This document shows positions 1 to 10,353 of a DNA stretch of 64,000 bases, piece by piece. The position numbers and the translations under genes were made by a program. The first letter of the stretch is position 1; every line of letters starts with the position of its first letter. This stretch comes from Oligoflexales bacterium. GTDB lineage: Bacteria > Bdellovibrionota_B > Oligoflexia > Oligoflexales > Bog-1112. The DNA lies in contig JBGCDR010000060.1 in the NCBI GenBank assembly GCA_045105515.1, positions 46,346 through 110,345 on the forward strand. The letters run 5' to 3'. The notes beneath the pieces were generated by a model. The model was not told the origin of the DNA, ran no database searches, and worked only from the letters and a program-made list of their open reading frames with translations.

Positions 1-2
1 TC

Positions 3-2378
3 CCTAAAGAAGAAATCATTAAGGATTACCGCATAGGTTTTTTAAGCAGGCAGGCGAGCTTAGTTGGCCGGAAGATAGTGCTTGGAGGTAAAGCAAAATT
101 CGGCATTTTTGGCGATGGTAAAGAAGTTGCCCAACTTGCAATGGCTAGAGCCTTCAAAAATGGTGACTGGCGGTCGGGATACTACAGAGACCAAACCTTC
201 ATGTTAGCCATAGGGCAGTGCACAGTTAAACAATTTTTTGCCCAACTATATGCCGATGCATCGTCTAATAATGATCCCGCGTCTGCTGGAAGGCAAATGA
301 ATAGCCACTTCTCCACATCTTACCTTGACAAGCATGGATTATGGCTTAACCAAACCAAAACCAAAAACTCTTCTGCAGATATTTCTCCAACAGCGGGACA
401 AATGGCTAGATTATTAGGTTTAGCTTACGCGTCAAAACTTTATCGGAAATCCAATGCAATTAAGTCATGGACAAAAGCTAATAATTTCTCACACAAAGGA
501 AACGAGGTTGCATTCGGCACCATAGGAAATGCCTCTACTAGTGAAGGATTATTTTGGGAAAGCCTGAATGCTGCAGGAGTGTTGCAAGTTCCGATGGCTC
601 TTTCCATTTGGGATGACGGCTACGGTATTTCAGTACCCAATGAATATCAAACAACGAAGGGTGATTTATCAAAAGTTTTAGTGGGTTTTGCAGATGAAGC
701 GAAACATCCAGGAATTTCCTTGTACCAGTGTGCTGGCTTTGATTATCAAAACCTTCTCGCCACCTATTCGAAAGCGATTGAACGCTGCCGATTGACCCAT
801 ACCCCTTGCATAGTTCATATAACACAGCTTACCCAGCCGCAAGGACACTCAACGAGTGGCAGCCATGAACGATACAAATCTGCTGAGCGTCTCGAATATG
901 AACAAGAATTTGACTGCCTAGTCCATATGAAACAATGGATGATACTAAAAGAGGTTTGTACTGAGCAAGAGCTTGCCATTTTAGAGGCAGAAGTCATCGA
1001 TGAAGTGGAAAATTTAAAAGATGAAGCCTGGAACGATTTTTGTAAACCAATTCAAAAGGAGAGAGATTCTGCTATAAGCCTCATTGAAAAAGCTAATCAC
1101 ACTTTTTCACTTCCAGACTTGGAGAAAATAGTATCCGACCTTAGTAAAATAACTTTCCCACTTAGAAAGCATATTCAATCGGCTCTATCAGATACTGTAA
1201 TGCTACTCAGAAACCAAAAATCTGAAGATCTAATCCCCATCATTTCTGCTTACCGAGAGTACAAACAAGCGAATAGATCTATTTATAGCGACCATCTTTT
1301 TAGCGAAAACAATGGTTTAAGCAAGATAAATCAATATGTAAAACCTAGGTATGATTCTAACTCCATCAATATTGACGGAAGACAAATTATCCTAAAGTAC
1401 TTTGAGTATACCCTAGCTCATATGCCTCAGAGTTTCATTATCGGTGAAGATGTTGGAGTGCTTGGTGGAGTAAACCTCGAATTTGAAGGCCTCCATGCAA
1501 AGTTCGGTGAACATCAAATATCCGACACCGGCATAAGAGAAGCAACCATTTTAGGCCAAGGAATCGGCGCTGCCATGCGTGGTCTTAAACCGATCGTCGA
1601 TATTCAGTATCTCGATTACCTAATCTATGCTCTCCAAGGACTAAGTGATGATCTTGCTACCCTCCATTATCGATCTGCTGGACAGCAATCAGCTCCTGTA
1701 ATCATTCGTACGAAAGGACATAGACTAGAAGGAATTTGGCACACCGGCTCTCCAATTGGAATGCTTCTTGGCTCAATAAGAGGTATTCATCTTTGTGTAC
1801 CTAGAAACTGTGTACAAGCGACAGGAATGTATCAAACTTTATTAATGCAAGATGATCCAGCCATAGTTATCGAGGTTTTAAATGGTTATCGGGTAAAGGA
1901 ACAGTGCCCGAACAATATTGGTGAATATTCTATTCCACTGGGTAAGGTCGAGGTGCTTAGCGAAGGAACTGACGTAAGTATTGTAACTTACGGTGCCAAT
2001 ATCAGAATTGCTATGCAAGCGATGAAGAAGTTAAAACTTATAGATATTTCCATTGAACTGATAGATGTGCAAACATTGCTTCCCTTTGATCTCGACCATC
2101 AAATTGCAAATTCTTTAAAGAAAACTAATGCTGTTCTATTCTTGGATGAAGATGTACCTGGAGGAAGCAGTGCTTATATGATGCAACAAGTTCTAGAAAA
2201 CCAAGGTGCGTACGAATACCTGGATGCTCCTCCACGAACTCTGAGCGCTAAAGATCATAGAGCAGCATATGGCTCTGATGGAGATTATTTTTCAAAACCA
2301 AATATAGAGGATATTGTGCACACTATTTATGAAATGATGCATGAACGTTTTCCAAGCAAATATCCCACTCAACTATAA
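3..2378 (+). CDS. 2-oxoacid (probably branched-chain) dehydrogenase E1, fused alpha+beta subunits; 5' end lies outside the window
   Basis: Frame is open from base 3 (PKEEIIKDYRIGFLSRQAS...). Alpha-like region (SGYYRDQT, GNASTSEG, GHSTSGS) runs without a stop into beta motifs (IIGEDVG, DTGIREATILG, ELIDVQTLLPFD). Confidence 0.88.
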   Translation, partial: PKEEIIKDYRIGFLSRQASLVGRKIVLGGKAKFGIFGDGKEVAQLAMARAFKNGDWRSGYYRDQTFMLAIGQCTVKQFFAQLYADASSNNDPASAGRQMNSHFSTSYLDKHGLWLNQTKTKNSSADISPTAGQMARLLGLAYASKLYRKSNAIKSWTKANNFSHKGNEVAFGTIGNASTSEGLFWESLNAAGVLQVPMALSIWDDGYGISVPNEYQTTKGDLSKVLVGFADEAKHPGISLYQCAGFDYQNLLATYSKAIERCRLTHTPCIVHITQLTQPQGHSTSGSHERYKSAERLEYEQEFDCLVHMKQWMILKEVCTEQELAILEAEVIDEVENLKDEAWNDFCKPIQKERDSAISLIEKANHTFSLPDLEKIVSDLSKITFPLRKHIQSALSDTVMLLRNQKSEDLIPIISAYREYKQANRSIYSDHLFSENNGLSKINQYVKPRYDSNSINIDGRQIILKYFEYTLAHMPQSFIIGEDVGVLGGVNLEFEGLHAKFGEHQISDTGIREATILGQGIGAAMRGLKPIVDIQYLDYLIYALQGLSDDLATLHYRSAGQQSAPVIIRTKGHRLEGIWHTGSPIGMLLGSIRGIHLCVPRNCVQATGMYQTLLMQDDPAIVIEVLNGYRVKEQCPNNIGEYSIPLGKVEVLSEGTDVSIVTYGANIRIAMQAMKKLKLIDISIELIDVQTLLPFDLDHQIANSLKKTNAVLFLDEDVPGGSSAYMMQQVLENQGAYEYLDAPPRTLSAKDHRAAYGSDGDYFSKPNIEDIVHTIYEMMHERFPSKYPTQL

Positions 2379-2576
2379 GCTTAAAAATTCAAAAAAAATC
2401 GTAATTTTGCCTATACTACAGGCTAGTCGACCGAGAACCCAAAGCAGTCAACAGACCTTGAAAAAAAAGTAGGCAGGTTTTACCCCTCTGAATATATTGC
2501 TTCCTTATTCCACAGATGAAACAATATCCATAGGTATGTATACCCAAATATACAAATGTTTATATATTGGTTGCCT

Positions 2577-3638
2577 ATGTTTAAATTTCCACCTATCGCT
2601 GTCGATATCGGATCATCTGCTATAAAGATTGTAGAGATATCTGGCACAAACAAAAAAAAGCTACGAAGCGTTGGTATCGAACTTGTACCAGAGGGAACAA
2701 TTAGCGATGGCATGATTTCAGACATACCTACAGCTCAACAAGCCTTAAAAAGGCTCATAAAGCGCCTTCGCATTAGTACACTACGCAGAAGGGCCTGTCT
2801 TTCTTTAGGTGGTAGTTCGGTAATCATCAAAAAAGTTAGCTTTCCAAACAAAGATGAAGACGAATTAGCTGATATGGTGGAAGCTGAGGCAGAACAACAT
2901 TTTCAGCACGATCTTGACGATTTGCACTATGACTGGCACGCATTAGAAGCCCAACCAAATCAACAAGATCGATCAGTAGTCTTAATAGGGGCAAAAAGAG
3001 AAATTGTTGACCAACATATTGAAGTTGCTAAAGCTATTGGACTCAGGATTGCTGTCATAGAATGTGATGTTTTTGCCCTGTTCAATATGTTTGAATATAA
3101 CTTTGGAACAGTTCCAGGCTTGATTGCGCTCACTAATATTGGCGCCACTTCTTCTCAAGTTTCTCTAATTGGAAATGGTCAATATCTTTTTACTCGTGAT
3201 ATCGCAATTGCTGGAGACAACTACACTAAAGCTCTATCTTCAGCATTGAATATTGCTCCTGAAAATGCTGAAGCTGTAAAAATTGCAGCTAGTGAGGGTG
3301 GAGCTTCTGTAACTCCCGAAATCCAAAAAGTAATTGCCGAGATCAATCAACAACTAGTATCTGAACTTCAAGTTACAACTGATTTCTTTTTTCAAAGTGG
3401 TGAAGCTCCTTTAGATTTAAATGCACTATCCGCAATTTTTCTTACTGGCGGAGCTTCAAGAACAATTGGACTGGACTCTGCAATATCTTCTGCAATGAAT
3501 ATTCCGGTAAATATCATAAATCCATTTCATAAAGTTGAAATTCCCAGCAAATTTCCAATGGAAAGCATCCTAAGCCAAGGACACTTATATGGTATAGGAG
3601 TTGGGCTTGCTCTCAGAGAGGTAGAAGACAATATTTAG
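2577..3638 (+). CDS. pilM: Type IV pilus assembly protein PilM
   Basis: Actin-like fold motifs AVDIGSSAIKIVE, NIGATSS, LTGGAS, C-terminal GVGLALR; first gene of pilMNOPQ. Start placed at ATG 2577 (ORF open from 2556). Confidence 0.93.
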   Translation: MFKFPPIAVDIGSSAIKIVEISGTNKKKLRSVGIELVPEGTISDGMISDIPTAQQALKRLIKRLRISTLRRRACLSLGGSSVIIKKVSFPNKDEDELADMVEAEAEQHFQHDLDDLHYDWHALEAQPNQQDRSVVLIGAKREIVDQHIEVAKAIGLRIAVIECDVFALFNMFEYNFGTVPGLIALTNIGATSSQVSLIGNGQYLFTRDIAIAGDNYTKALSSALNIAPENAEAVKIAASEGGASVTPEIQKVIAEINQQLVSELQVTTDFFFQSGEAPLDLNALSAIFLTGGASRTIGLDSAISSAMNIPVNIINPFHKVEIPSKFPMESILSQGHLYGIGVGLALREVEDNI

Positions 3639-3668
3639 GAGAATTACCGCCAATAAGGTAAATGCATT

Positions 3669-4424
3669 TTGATAAATATTAATCTTTCTCCAATTGAAGA
3701 ACGTGAAAACAAGCTATGGTTCCTTCCAGATGTAATCTTATTTTGCCTAATTACGTTTGGTGGATATGCTGCAGCCACCTTTTATTTAGGCCAAATTGAA
3801 GATGAAATTATTAGAACCAATGTGGAAAGGCAAGAGCTAGAAAAAAGCTATCGTAGACTCAAACCTGATTTAGAAAGATTTGCGCAGCTCAATAAGGAAG
3901 TTGAACAGCTAAAGAAAAAACTCAATTCTCTAAAACAGATTACTGTTTCAAAGATTGCCAGATACAAACCAATAATTCTTCTTGAACATTTACAAAACCT
4001 AAAACCAGATGGAGTATGGTTTACCTTCTTAAAAGATGAGTCACAAGACAATATTATACGACTTACTGGTCGGTCATTTGACAATCTTTTAGTTGCTGAA
4101 TTTATGTCTGCATTGTTAGCCACGCGTCTTCAAGAGGTCGATTCTAGCGACATTAGAACCCAAGTATTCTTTTCAGCTGCAAACTTAGGGAGAGTCGCAA
4201 TTGCAGATGCTAGAGCGAACCAAGTACAAACACAAAGATCTGATGAAGAATACAGAGCTTTTATTGCTACTCAAGATAATAAACTCGCTGAAGGTGCACC
4301 AAGTAGTTCAGGTGGAGGTTCAAGCTCTAGCGCTTTTCCCGAAATGGATAAATTCCCATCTTTTGAATTGAGTCTTCAATATCAAGAAAGAGGCAGCTTA
4401 GCAGATGAATCTATTGAAAATTAA
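3669..4424 (+). CDS. pilN: Type IV pilus assembly protein PilN
   Basis: N-terminal INL motif, one TM helix, coiled coil, PDGVWF ferredoxin-like core; operon position. Confidence 0.88.
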   Translation: MININLSPIEERENKLWFLPDVILFCLITFGGYAAATFYLGQIEDEIIRTNVERQELEKSYRRLKPDLERFAQLNKEVEQLKKKLNSLKQITVSKIARYKPIILLEHLQNLKPDGVWFTFLKDESQDNIIRLTGRSFDNLLVAEFMSALLATRLQEVDSSDIRTQVFFSAANLGRVAIADARANQVQTQRSDEEYRAFIATQDNKLAEGAPSSSGGGSSSSAFPEMDKFPSFELSLQYQERGSLADESIEN

Positions 4425-4446
4425 TTTGAGCTTGGAAAATTAAAAA

Positions 4447-5178
4447 ATGGATCTGGAAACAATAAAAACAGGCTATAGACAGCTAGCTATAATTAAAAAG
4501 CTTGTAATTATAACCGTGATTGGCGTAACTCCAGGAAGTTGTAAATTTTTTGAAGAGGGCCCTCTACTTAGAGATGACCTTGAGAGAGCTACTAATTCAC
4601 GTGATGCCGCAAAGCTAAAATTTAAGAAAGCTGCAGAACAAAAAGAAAACCTCCCAAAGCTTGAAGAAAAGCTAGCTTATACCGAGGACGAATTACAAAA
4701 AGCTAGCAATAAATTACCAGACGAATTTATTATGGGAAAGATATTACAAAAAACTTCTATGATTGCCCAAGATGTGGGCATAGAACTAAGGTTATTTCAA
4801 CCAGGACAAGGGGTACCTGCAGGGACAGTTTTTAAATATGTAGAGCTTCCTATTGCTTTACAAATAATTGGAACATATGGGCAAATAGCTACTTTTTTTG
4901 ACCGAGTTGTCCACTTAGACCTTCTAGTTCACGTAAAAAATATTGAATTATCATTAGCGGGAAACTTAGATGCCAGTAGTTCTGAAAAAGCTGCACAACA
5001 GATCAAGGATAAAGACCTGCAAACGGAAGCAATTCAACGAGCTAGACGTGAAAATGCAAAAATAATGGGTAGCGCAAACATGATAATTTTCAGAACTTTA
5101 AGTCGTCAGGAAGAGCTCGCCCTAGAAGCAGCAGCTCAGAAGAGCGCAAAAAAGAATAAGAAAAGTGGCAAGAAATAA
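4447..5178 (+). CDS. pilO: Type IV pilus assembly protein PilO
   Basis: TM plus coiled coil, LPDE, YVELPIALQIIGTYGQIATFFDRV; operon position. Confidence 0.88.
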   Translation: MDLETIKTGYRQLAIIKKLVIITVIGVTPGSCKFFEEGPLLRDDLERATNSRDAAKLKFKKAAEQKENLPKLEEKLAYTEDELQKASNKLPDEFIMGKILQKTSMIAQDVGIELRLFQPGQGVPAGTVFKYVELPIALQIIGTYGQIATFFDRVVHLDLLVHVKNIELSLAGNLDASSSEKAAQQIKDKDLQTEAIQRARRENAKIMGSANMIIFRTLSRQEELALEAAAQKSAKKNKKSGKK

Positions 5179-5206
5179 AATATTTTAGCCAAAATTTAGG
5201 ACCACT

Positions 5207-6088
5207 ATGATCAATATTTTTCTAATATTTATATATATTATTACCCCAATTACCTTAATTGCTCAAACAGATACTCCTCAGCAAAAAGGAACTGAAGATC
5301 CGGATATCTATCAAGAAGATGGATATTGGGAAAGTTATTCCCAATCGCCTACGAGCGGAAATATAGGTAAAGAGGTAACAAAGGATGTCAATATCAAAAA
5401 TATAGTATCAGTTTCAGATGACTACACTTATGCTTCTTTTGGTAGACCAGATCCATTTGTACCTCCACTCTTATCAAGTCACATAACTCAATTAGAAATA
5501 CCCATCGTAAGTCTTTTACAAAAGTATCGACTAGATGAACTGAGAGTAGTAGGTATTTGGACCCTTGAAAACAATGCACGAAAAGCACTCATGACCTCAA
5601 GTAATGATGAAGGAGTCATTGTTTCTATTGGCGATCATGCAGGTAATAGAGGTGGAAAAATAATAGCCATAGAGCCCGATGTCGTAAAAGTTAGAGAATT
5701 TACCCTTGCACCAGATGGCACAAGACAATTCAATGACCGAGAGCTCTGGTTAGGCGACGAAATGCCAGAAAGAGAGGAAAAGCTATTTATAAAGTCTACT
5801 AACAAGCCTCTCGACGATGAAGCAAGTTATAGTGGTCAAGACTTTCTTGACACAACAGATCAAGAACAGAACCGTGTCAATAAACTTATGGGAACTCCTA
5901 CTGAAGGAAACATTGAGGAAAACCTAGGGGAAGACAGGGGGCCTACAACAGACAGAGAGCCAATAAAAGAAAATGCACCAGAAGCACCATTTCAGTCTGA
6001 TACAGAAAACATAAAGAATCCGAATAATGCTGACACAAAGAAGGTAATCGAAAGCATAGGAAAACAATTACCTGTTGAAGGAAAATAA
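5207..6088 (+). CDS. pilP: Type IV pilus assembly protein PilP with acidic extensions
   Basis: GRPDPFVP, LQKYRLDELRVVGI, GDHAGNRGGKIIAI; position between pilO and pilQ. Confidence 0.85.
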   Translation: MINIFLIFIYIITPITLIAQTDTPQQKGTEDPDIYQEDGYWESYSQSPTSGNIGKEVTKDVNIKNIVSVSDDYTYASFGRPDPFVPPLLSSHITQLEIPIVSLLQKYRLDELRVVGIWTLENNARKALMTSSNDEGVIVSIGDHAGNRGGKIIAIEPDVVKVREFTLAPDGTRQFNDRELWLGDEMPEREEKLFIKSTNKPLDDEASYSGQDFLDTTDQEQNRVNKLMGTPTEGNIEENLGEDRGPTTDREPIKENAPEAPFQSDTENIKNPNNADTKKVIESIGKQLPVEGK

Positions 6089-6118
6089 TCACAAAAAAAC
6101 TGGTATAAAGAAGGAATT

Positions 6119-9100
6119 TTGATGATCAACATACAAAAACTGTTATTTTTGTGCATGCACATTGTGTTGACAAGCCTTTATCTTGCATGCGCCAGTACGC
6201 AAGAGCAGGCTGATACGCAGAAAGTTCAAGAACCTGGTTTTTATGTTGACGAAAACAATATTGGCCCATCTCCAGATAACAACAATTCGAATAAGCAAGA
6301 AGATTACGGCGAACAGGGCAATAATTATGAAAATGAGGGTAATCAAGGCAATTATGATAACGAGGGTAATCAAGGCAATTATGATAGCGAGGGTAATCAA
6401 AGCAATTATGATAATGAGGGTAATCAGAAAAATTCAAATGAATATTCAAATGACTCCACTTCCAATTATGACGAAGAAAATAATCTGTTTGAAAACTCGA
6501 CCGGAAATCAGTTTAGTTATAATGAAGAGTACGAAGATGGTGATGAGCAACAAGAAAATCAGCAAAATCCCAATGAACAGCTTCCTACTGAAAATCAAGA
6601 AAACTATACAAACGAATATTCTAAAGAAGAGCAAAGTGAACAAGTCGATGAACTTAACAATGAGGAAATTTCAGGCAACCTATTATGGTGGTTAGGGCTA
6701 GATTTTAGAGAAAAAGAAAGTACAGTGAAACTAGAAATGGTAACTATAGGTAAACCAATTTATAAATTTTCGCAAAATCAAAACCCTTCAGGACAACCAG
6801 AATTAATCATCAAATTTTTAGATACAAAAATGCGGCGTAAACTTAAACGGCCTATCGATGCAAGCGAATTTCTTAGTCCGGTAGCTTATATTCGTACCAG
6901 ATATCATGGCGAAGATAATAGCACAGATGTAATCATCACCCTCAGGGATGCAATAAAACCTGAACTATTTTCTCATGATGGAAATATATTGTTAAGTTTC
7001 AAAATACCTGATCGATATTTTGGCAACTCTGAAGTAGGGCAGACTCCAAGTGGAAAAGTTGAAGTTTTAGGAGATTCCGACATAACTCCGGTTCTGTTGG
7101 CAGGAAGTGTTGGTCCGGATCAGGATGGTTTTCAACCTTCAGATCCTGCAACGGAGATGAACGAAAATTCACAAAACTACGGTGAAAATAACCAATCTAG
7201 TAATGAATCTGATTTTGACGAATATAACGATTCCGACCAAGATGTAAATCTATTTCAAAATAATAACAACTCCAATAATTTTGACAATAAACAAAAGAAT
7301 AGCAAGGGAAATAATTCTAATAATAGCTATGAAAATCAAAATAGTGAAAAAATAAATAACGAGAGGAATAGTAACGAGGAAGATCAGTATGAGGAAAATG
7401 ACAATAACGCTGAACATGTTCCTCACACTAATGATTTAGAAATTAAGTCAATTAGTCTTTTTGCTGTTGCTCAGGACGACTTTGAAAATAACTACACAGA
7501 CAATAATTACTATGGTGATGAGCCAATCAATTCTCAATCTGGACAAAGTGGCGAAAAAAATGTATTCAATGACTCCGAAGGCAACCAGTTTGACAATGGA
7601 CTTTTTCAAGACAACGAAACTAATGAAATTAACACAAGCAATTTAGACAACAACTCAGACAATTTATTCAACGAACAAAATGTAGAAGCAAATAGCTATG
7701 ATAACTATGATAATGTCGATCTTTCAGGAGAAGAAACCGAAGGACGAGATGCAGCTATCGAATCAAATTCACAGGCTCTACAGCCGATCAGCATGAACTT
7801 CAAAGGGGCAACTTTAAAAGAAGTAATCCGAACATTCACTACAGAAAATGGTGTTAATTTTATCTTTCCAGAAGATGTCGGAGCGGAAAAAGTATATTTA
7901 AGTTTCACAAACGTTCCATGGGATCAAGCACTTCAAGCTGTTCTTGAAACTCACTCCTTGGGAATCTCTAAACTTGATGGGGATGTAATCAGGATTGATC
8001 GTTTAACCACATTAGACAAGGAAAAGAAGGAGTTAGAAAAAGCGAGAGAAAGTGCTTCTCGCTTAATCCCAACAAAGGTCCTCATTGTTAGGTTATCTTA
8101 TGCCACTGCTAAAGATGTCGTAAAAGTTGTCACTACTATGCTTGAATCTTACAAGCATGACAAAAGAACACGAGTTGAAGCTGACAATCGAACAAACTCA
8201 GTTATTGTGGAAGCGATCCCAACAGCCCTTTCGAAAATCAAAGCGCTAATCAATAGGGTAGATTTACAGACCCCACAAGTAAAAATTGACACACGAATTG
8301 TTGAAGTTTTAAAGAATGATACATTACAGTTAGGTATCAATTGGGCTATGCCATTACGCACCGATCAAAGTCGAGGACTTGGTCTCGGAAATCTTCCCTT
8401 TCCAAATCAAATGTATTCTGCTTTTAGTGTTGATACCGGGATTGAACCAGCTAACCTTAGTGGTCGATCCGCAATAGACTTTCACTTTGGTAGCATCAAT
8501 AATTTGTTCGAACTCGACGTTCGTCTTAGAATGGCTGAACAGCAAAATCAATTAAGGAGTATACAAAACAACAGCGTAGTAGTCCTTGATAATGAAAAAG
8601 CTGAGACAAAAGTTGGACAGGTAATCTATACGCCTATACCAATTGGTGCTGGTGAAGATAGGCTCGTTGATGTTGAATATGCGCTAAAACTGACTGTTAC
8701 TCCGCATATAACTGCCGATGGAGCTGTTCAAATGGACATAGAAGTAGAAAACTCCTCTGCCATTCAAGGTCAGGCAAAACCTATCCCTGACAAAAACACA
8801 AGGGTTGTCAAGACAAAGCTTCTGCGAGAAAATGGTGAAACCGCAGTCATAGGTGGAGTTTATACTACCGATTATACTCAAGAAATCGTGGGTGTTCCTT
8901 TCTTCTCTAAAATACCAATCCTTGGGGTTTTCTTCAGAAGCAAATCGAAACAAGAGGCTAAACGTGAGTTGATTATTATGGTGACTCCAACCGTCATTAA
9001 TAGTGCTAAATCCCTTAGCGAATCATCCAGTAACAATGGAAATTTCGCAAGCGATGGTAATGGATACGGCAACTCAAGCAGCAACTACGAAGCTAACAAT

Positions 9101-9355
9101 AGTTACGGTTCATCAAACAATGCGGATTCTGGAAACTATTACAACAATCAAGGTACTGAAGGTCAATCTGAAGATTACGGCAATGCAAATAATGCTGAAA
9201 GTAACGAGCAATACCAAAATGACAATTCAAACCAAGAAGAAAGCCAAGGCAATCAGGAAGCTGAATATGGAGAACAAGGAGAGCAACAATATCAAGATCA
9301 AGGCGAACAACAATCAGAAGGGCAAACTGAAAGCCAAGGTGATAACTACTACTAA
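6119..9355 (+). CDS. pilQ: Type IV pilus secretin PilQ with a probable lipoprotein signal and three long N/E/D/Q-rich tracts
   Basis: ISMNFKGA...VPWDQAL (N0), LSYATA...DNRTNSVIV (N1), PQVKIDTRIVE, LTVTPHIT, GETAVIGG, VPFFSKIPILG, ELIIMVTP (secretin core); LYLAC lipobox-like sequence. Confidence 0.95.
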   Translation: MMINIQKLLFLCMHIVLTSLYLACASTQEQADTQKVQEPGFYVDENNIGPSPDNNNSNKQEDYGEQGNNYENEGNQGNYDNEGNQGNYDSEGNQSNYDNEGNQKNSNEYSNDSTSNYDEENNLFENSTGNQFSYNEEYEDGDEQQENQQNPNEQLPTENQENYTNEYSKEEQSEQVDELNNEEISGNLLWWLGLDFREKESTVKLEMVTIGKPIYKFSQNQNPSGQPELIIKFLDTKMRRKLKRPIDASEFLSPVAYIRTRYHGEDNSTDVIITLRDAIKPELFSHDGNILLSFKIPDRYFGNSEVGQTPSGKVEVLGDSDITPVLLAGSVGPDQDGFQPSDPATEMNENSQNYGENNQSSNESDFDEYNDSDQDVNLFQNNNNSNNFDNKQKNSKGNNSNNSYENQNSEKINNERNSNEEDQYEENDNNAEHVPHTNDLEIKSISLFAVAQDDFENNYTDNNYYGDEPINSQSGQSGEKNVFNDSEGNQFDNGLFQDNETNEINTSNLDNNSDNLFNEQNVEANSYDNYDNVDLSGEETEGRDAAIESNSQALQPISMNFKGATLKEVIRTFTTENGVNFIFPEDVGAEKVYLSFTNVPWDQALQAVLETHSLGISKLDGDVIRIDRLTTLDKEKKELEKARESASRLIPTKVLIVRLSYATAKDVVKVVTTMLESYKHDKRTRVEADNRTNSVIVEAIPTALSKIKALINRVDLQTPQVKIDTRIVEVLKNDTLQLGINWAMPLRTDQSRGLGLGNLPFPNQMYSAFSVDTGIEPANLSGRSAIDFHFGSINNLFELDVRLRMAEQQNQLRSIQNNSVVVLDNEKAETKVGQVIYTPIPIGAGEDRLVDVEYALKLTVTPHITADGAVQMDIEVENSSAIQGQAKPIPDKNTRVVKTKLLRENGETAVIGGVYTTDYTQEIVGVPFFSKIPILGVFFRSKSKQEAKRELIIMVTPTVINSAKSLSESSSNNGNFASDGNGYGNSSSNYEANNSYGSSNNADSGNYYNNQGTEGQSEDYGNANNAESNEQYQNDNSNQEESQGNQEAEYGEQGEQQYQDQGEQQSEGQTESQGDNYY
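6323..6427 (+). repeat. In-frame 27-bp tandem repeat, about 4 copies (NYDNEGNQG) inside pilQ
   Basis: Units related to aattatgataacgagggtaatcaaggc start at 6323, 6350, 6377 and 6404. Confidence 0.95.
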
Positions 9356-9390
9356 TTAAATCCCTAATTATTCCATTTTCGGGAGCAATA

Positions 9391-10353
9391 ATGAAGTCAT
9401 GGGTTGAAGTCCTAAAAAACAAGAAGTTTGAAAGAAAAGATCAGAAAATGGTCAAACGCTTCTTATCTAAGCCTTTCAACCAGGGTTTTCTGCCAATTGT
9501 CGAAGTACTCAAAAAGTATGATTTTCTCGATGAAGCCTTTGAATTGCTCAACTATGGTGTAGGTAAGTATCCGCGGTATACTGCAGCGCGCATTTTATTT
9601 GCCAAAGAGCTGTATGAAAAGGGTTTGATACAAGATGCTTGGGATAAGGTGAAGACCGCCAAAACTCCAATACATGAAAATATATTGGCTCAGAGAATAT
9701 TATTCAAAGTCGCTATACTTAATGAACACGAAAACACAGCTAAGTCGGTTCTGCAACATATGACCCACCGCAGACTCTTGGATAGAGAACTAGAACTTCT
9801 TGGTAAAAAGCTCAACTTAGGAGGCATAAAAGTAGCTAAGGCTTCACTTGTAGAGTACTTTAAAAATAAAGGAATTAGCATTGCCCTTGCAGTTAGCTCA
9901 AGACGAGCAGAAGGAGAAAAGCAAGGTAATATTCTCGGAAGTAATTCTCAGGCTTTTAACTTCAACCACAAGGTAATTTCTGACCCATCCCTTAAGCACT
10001 ATCATGTAGTGCCACTTTCTCAGATATTTCATGCGAAAGATGAGCCCGATAACTATAAAAAATCAAACGACACCAAGAATCTGGAAAGTCAAACCCTTGC
10101 AGAAATATACCAAAGACAAGGTCACTTTGAGAAATCACTTGAAATATATAGACGTTTGTTAAAAATATCTCCAGGAAACGACTATTTAAAACGGATGGTC
10201 ATTGAAATTGCTAAAAAATCAGATGCTCAACAGCGCCAAGACCTAATGATTGATCCTGAGCTCGTTGAGACTGAAAATGAACCTAAAACAAAAGCAAATG
10301 TAAAGTTTTATAAGCATTTATTGGATAAGCTCGGCCATGAATCAAGCCCCTAA
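9391..10353 (+). CDS. Tetratricopeptide repeat protein
   Basis: TPR-like helices (EAFELLNYGVGKYPRYTAARILFAKELYEKG; TLAEIYQRQGHFEKSLEIYRRLLKISPGN); between pilQ and aroQ. Confidence 0.75.
   Translation: MKSWVEVLKNKKFERKDQKMVKRFLSKPFNQGFLPIVEVLKKYDFLDEAFELLNYGVGKYPRYTAARILFAKELYEKGLIQDAWDKVKTAKTPIHENILAQRILFKVAILNEHENTAKSVLQHMTHRRLLDRELELLGKKLNLGGIKVAKASLVEYFKNKGISIALAVSSRRAEGEKQGNILGSNSQAFNFNHKVISDPSLKHYHVVPLSQIFHAKDEPDNYKKSNDTKNLESQTLAEIYQRQGHFEKSLEIYRRLLKISPGNDYLKRMVIEIAKKSDAQQRQDLMIDPELVETENEPKTKANVKFYKHLLDKLGHESSP

Noticed and set aside
6323..6427. Tandem repeat considered as a CRISPR array
   Set aside because: Units are contiguous with no unique spacers, are in frame within pilQ, and no cas genes are present.
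6126..6695. Alternative-frame ORFs over the pilQ repeat region (6183-6695 +, 6126-6449 -, 6143-6400 -), also 9003-9359 +
   Set aside because: Shadow frames of the low-complexity codons; they lie wholly within a well-supported gene.
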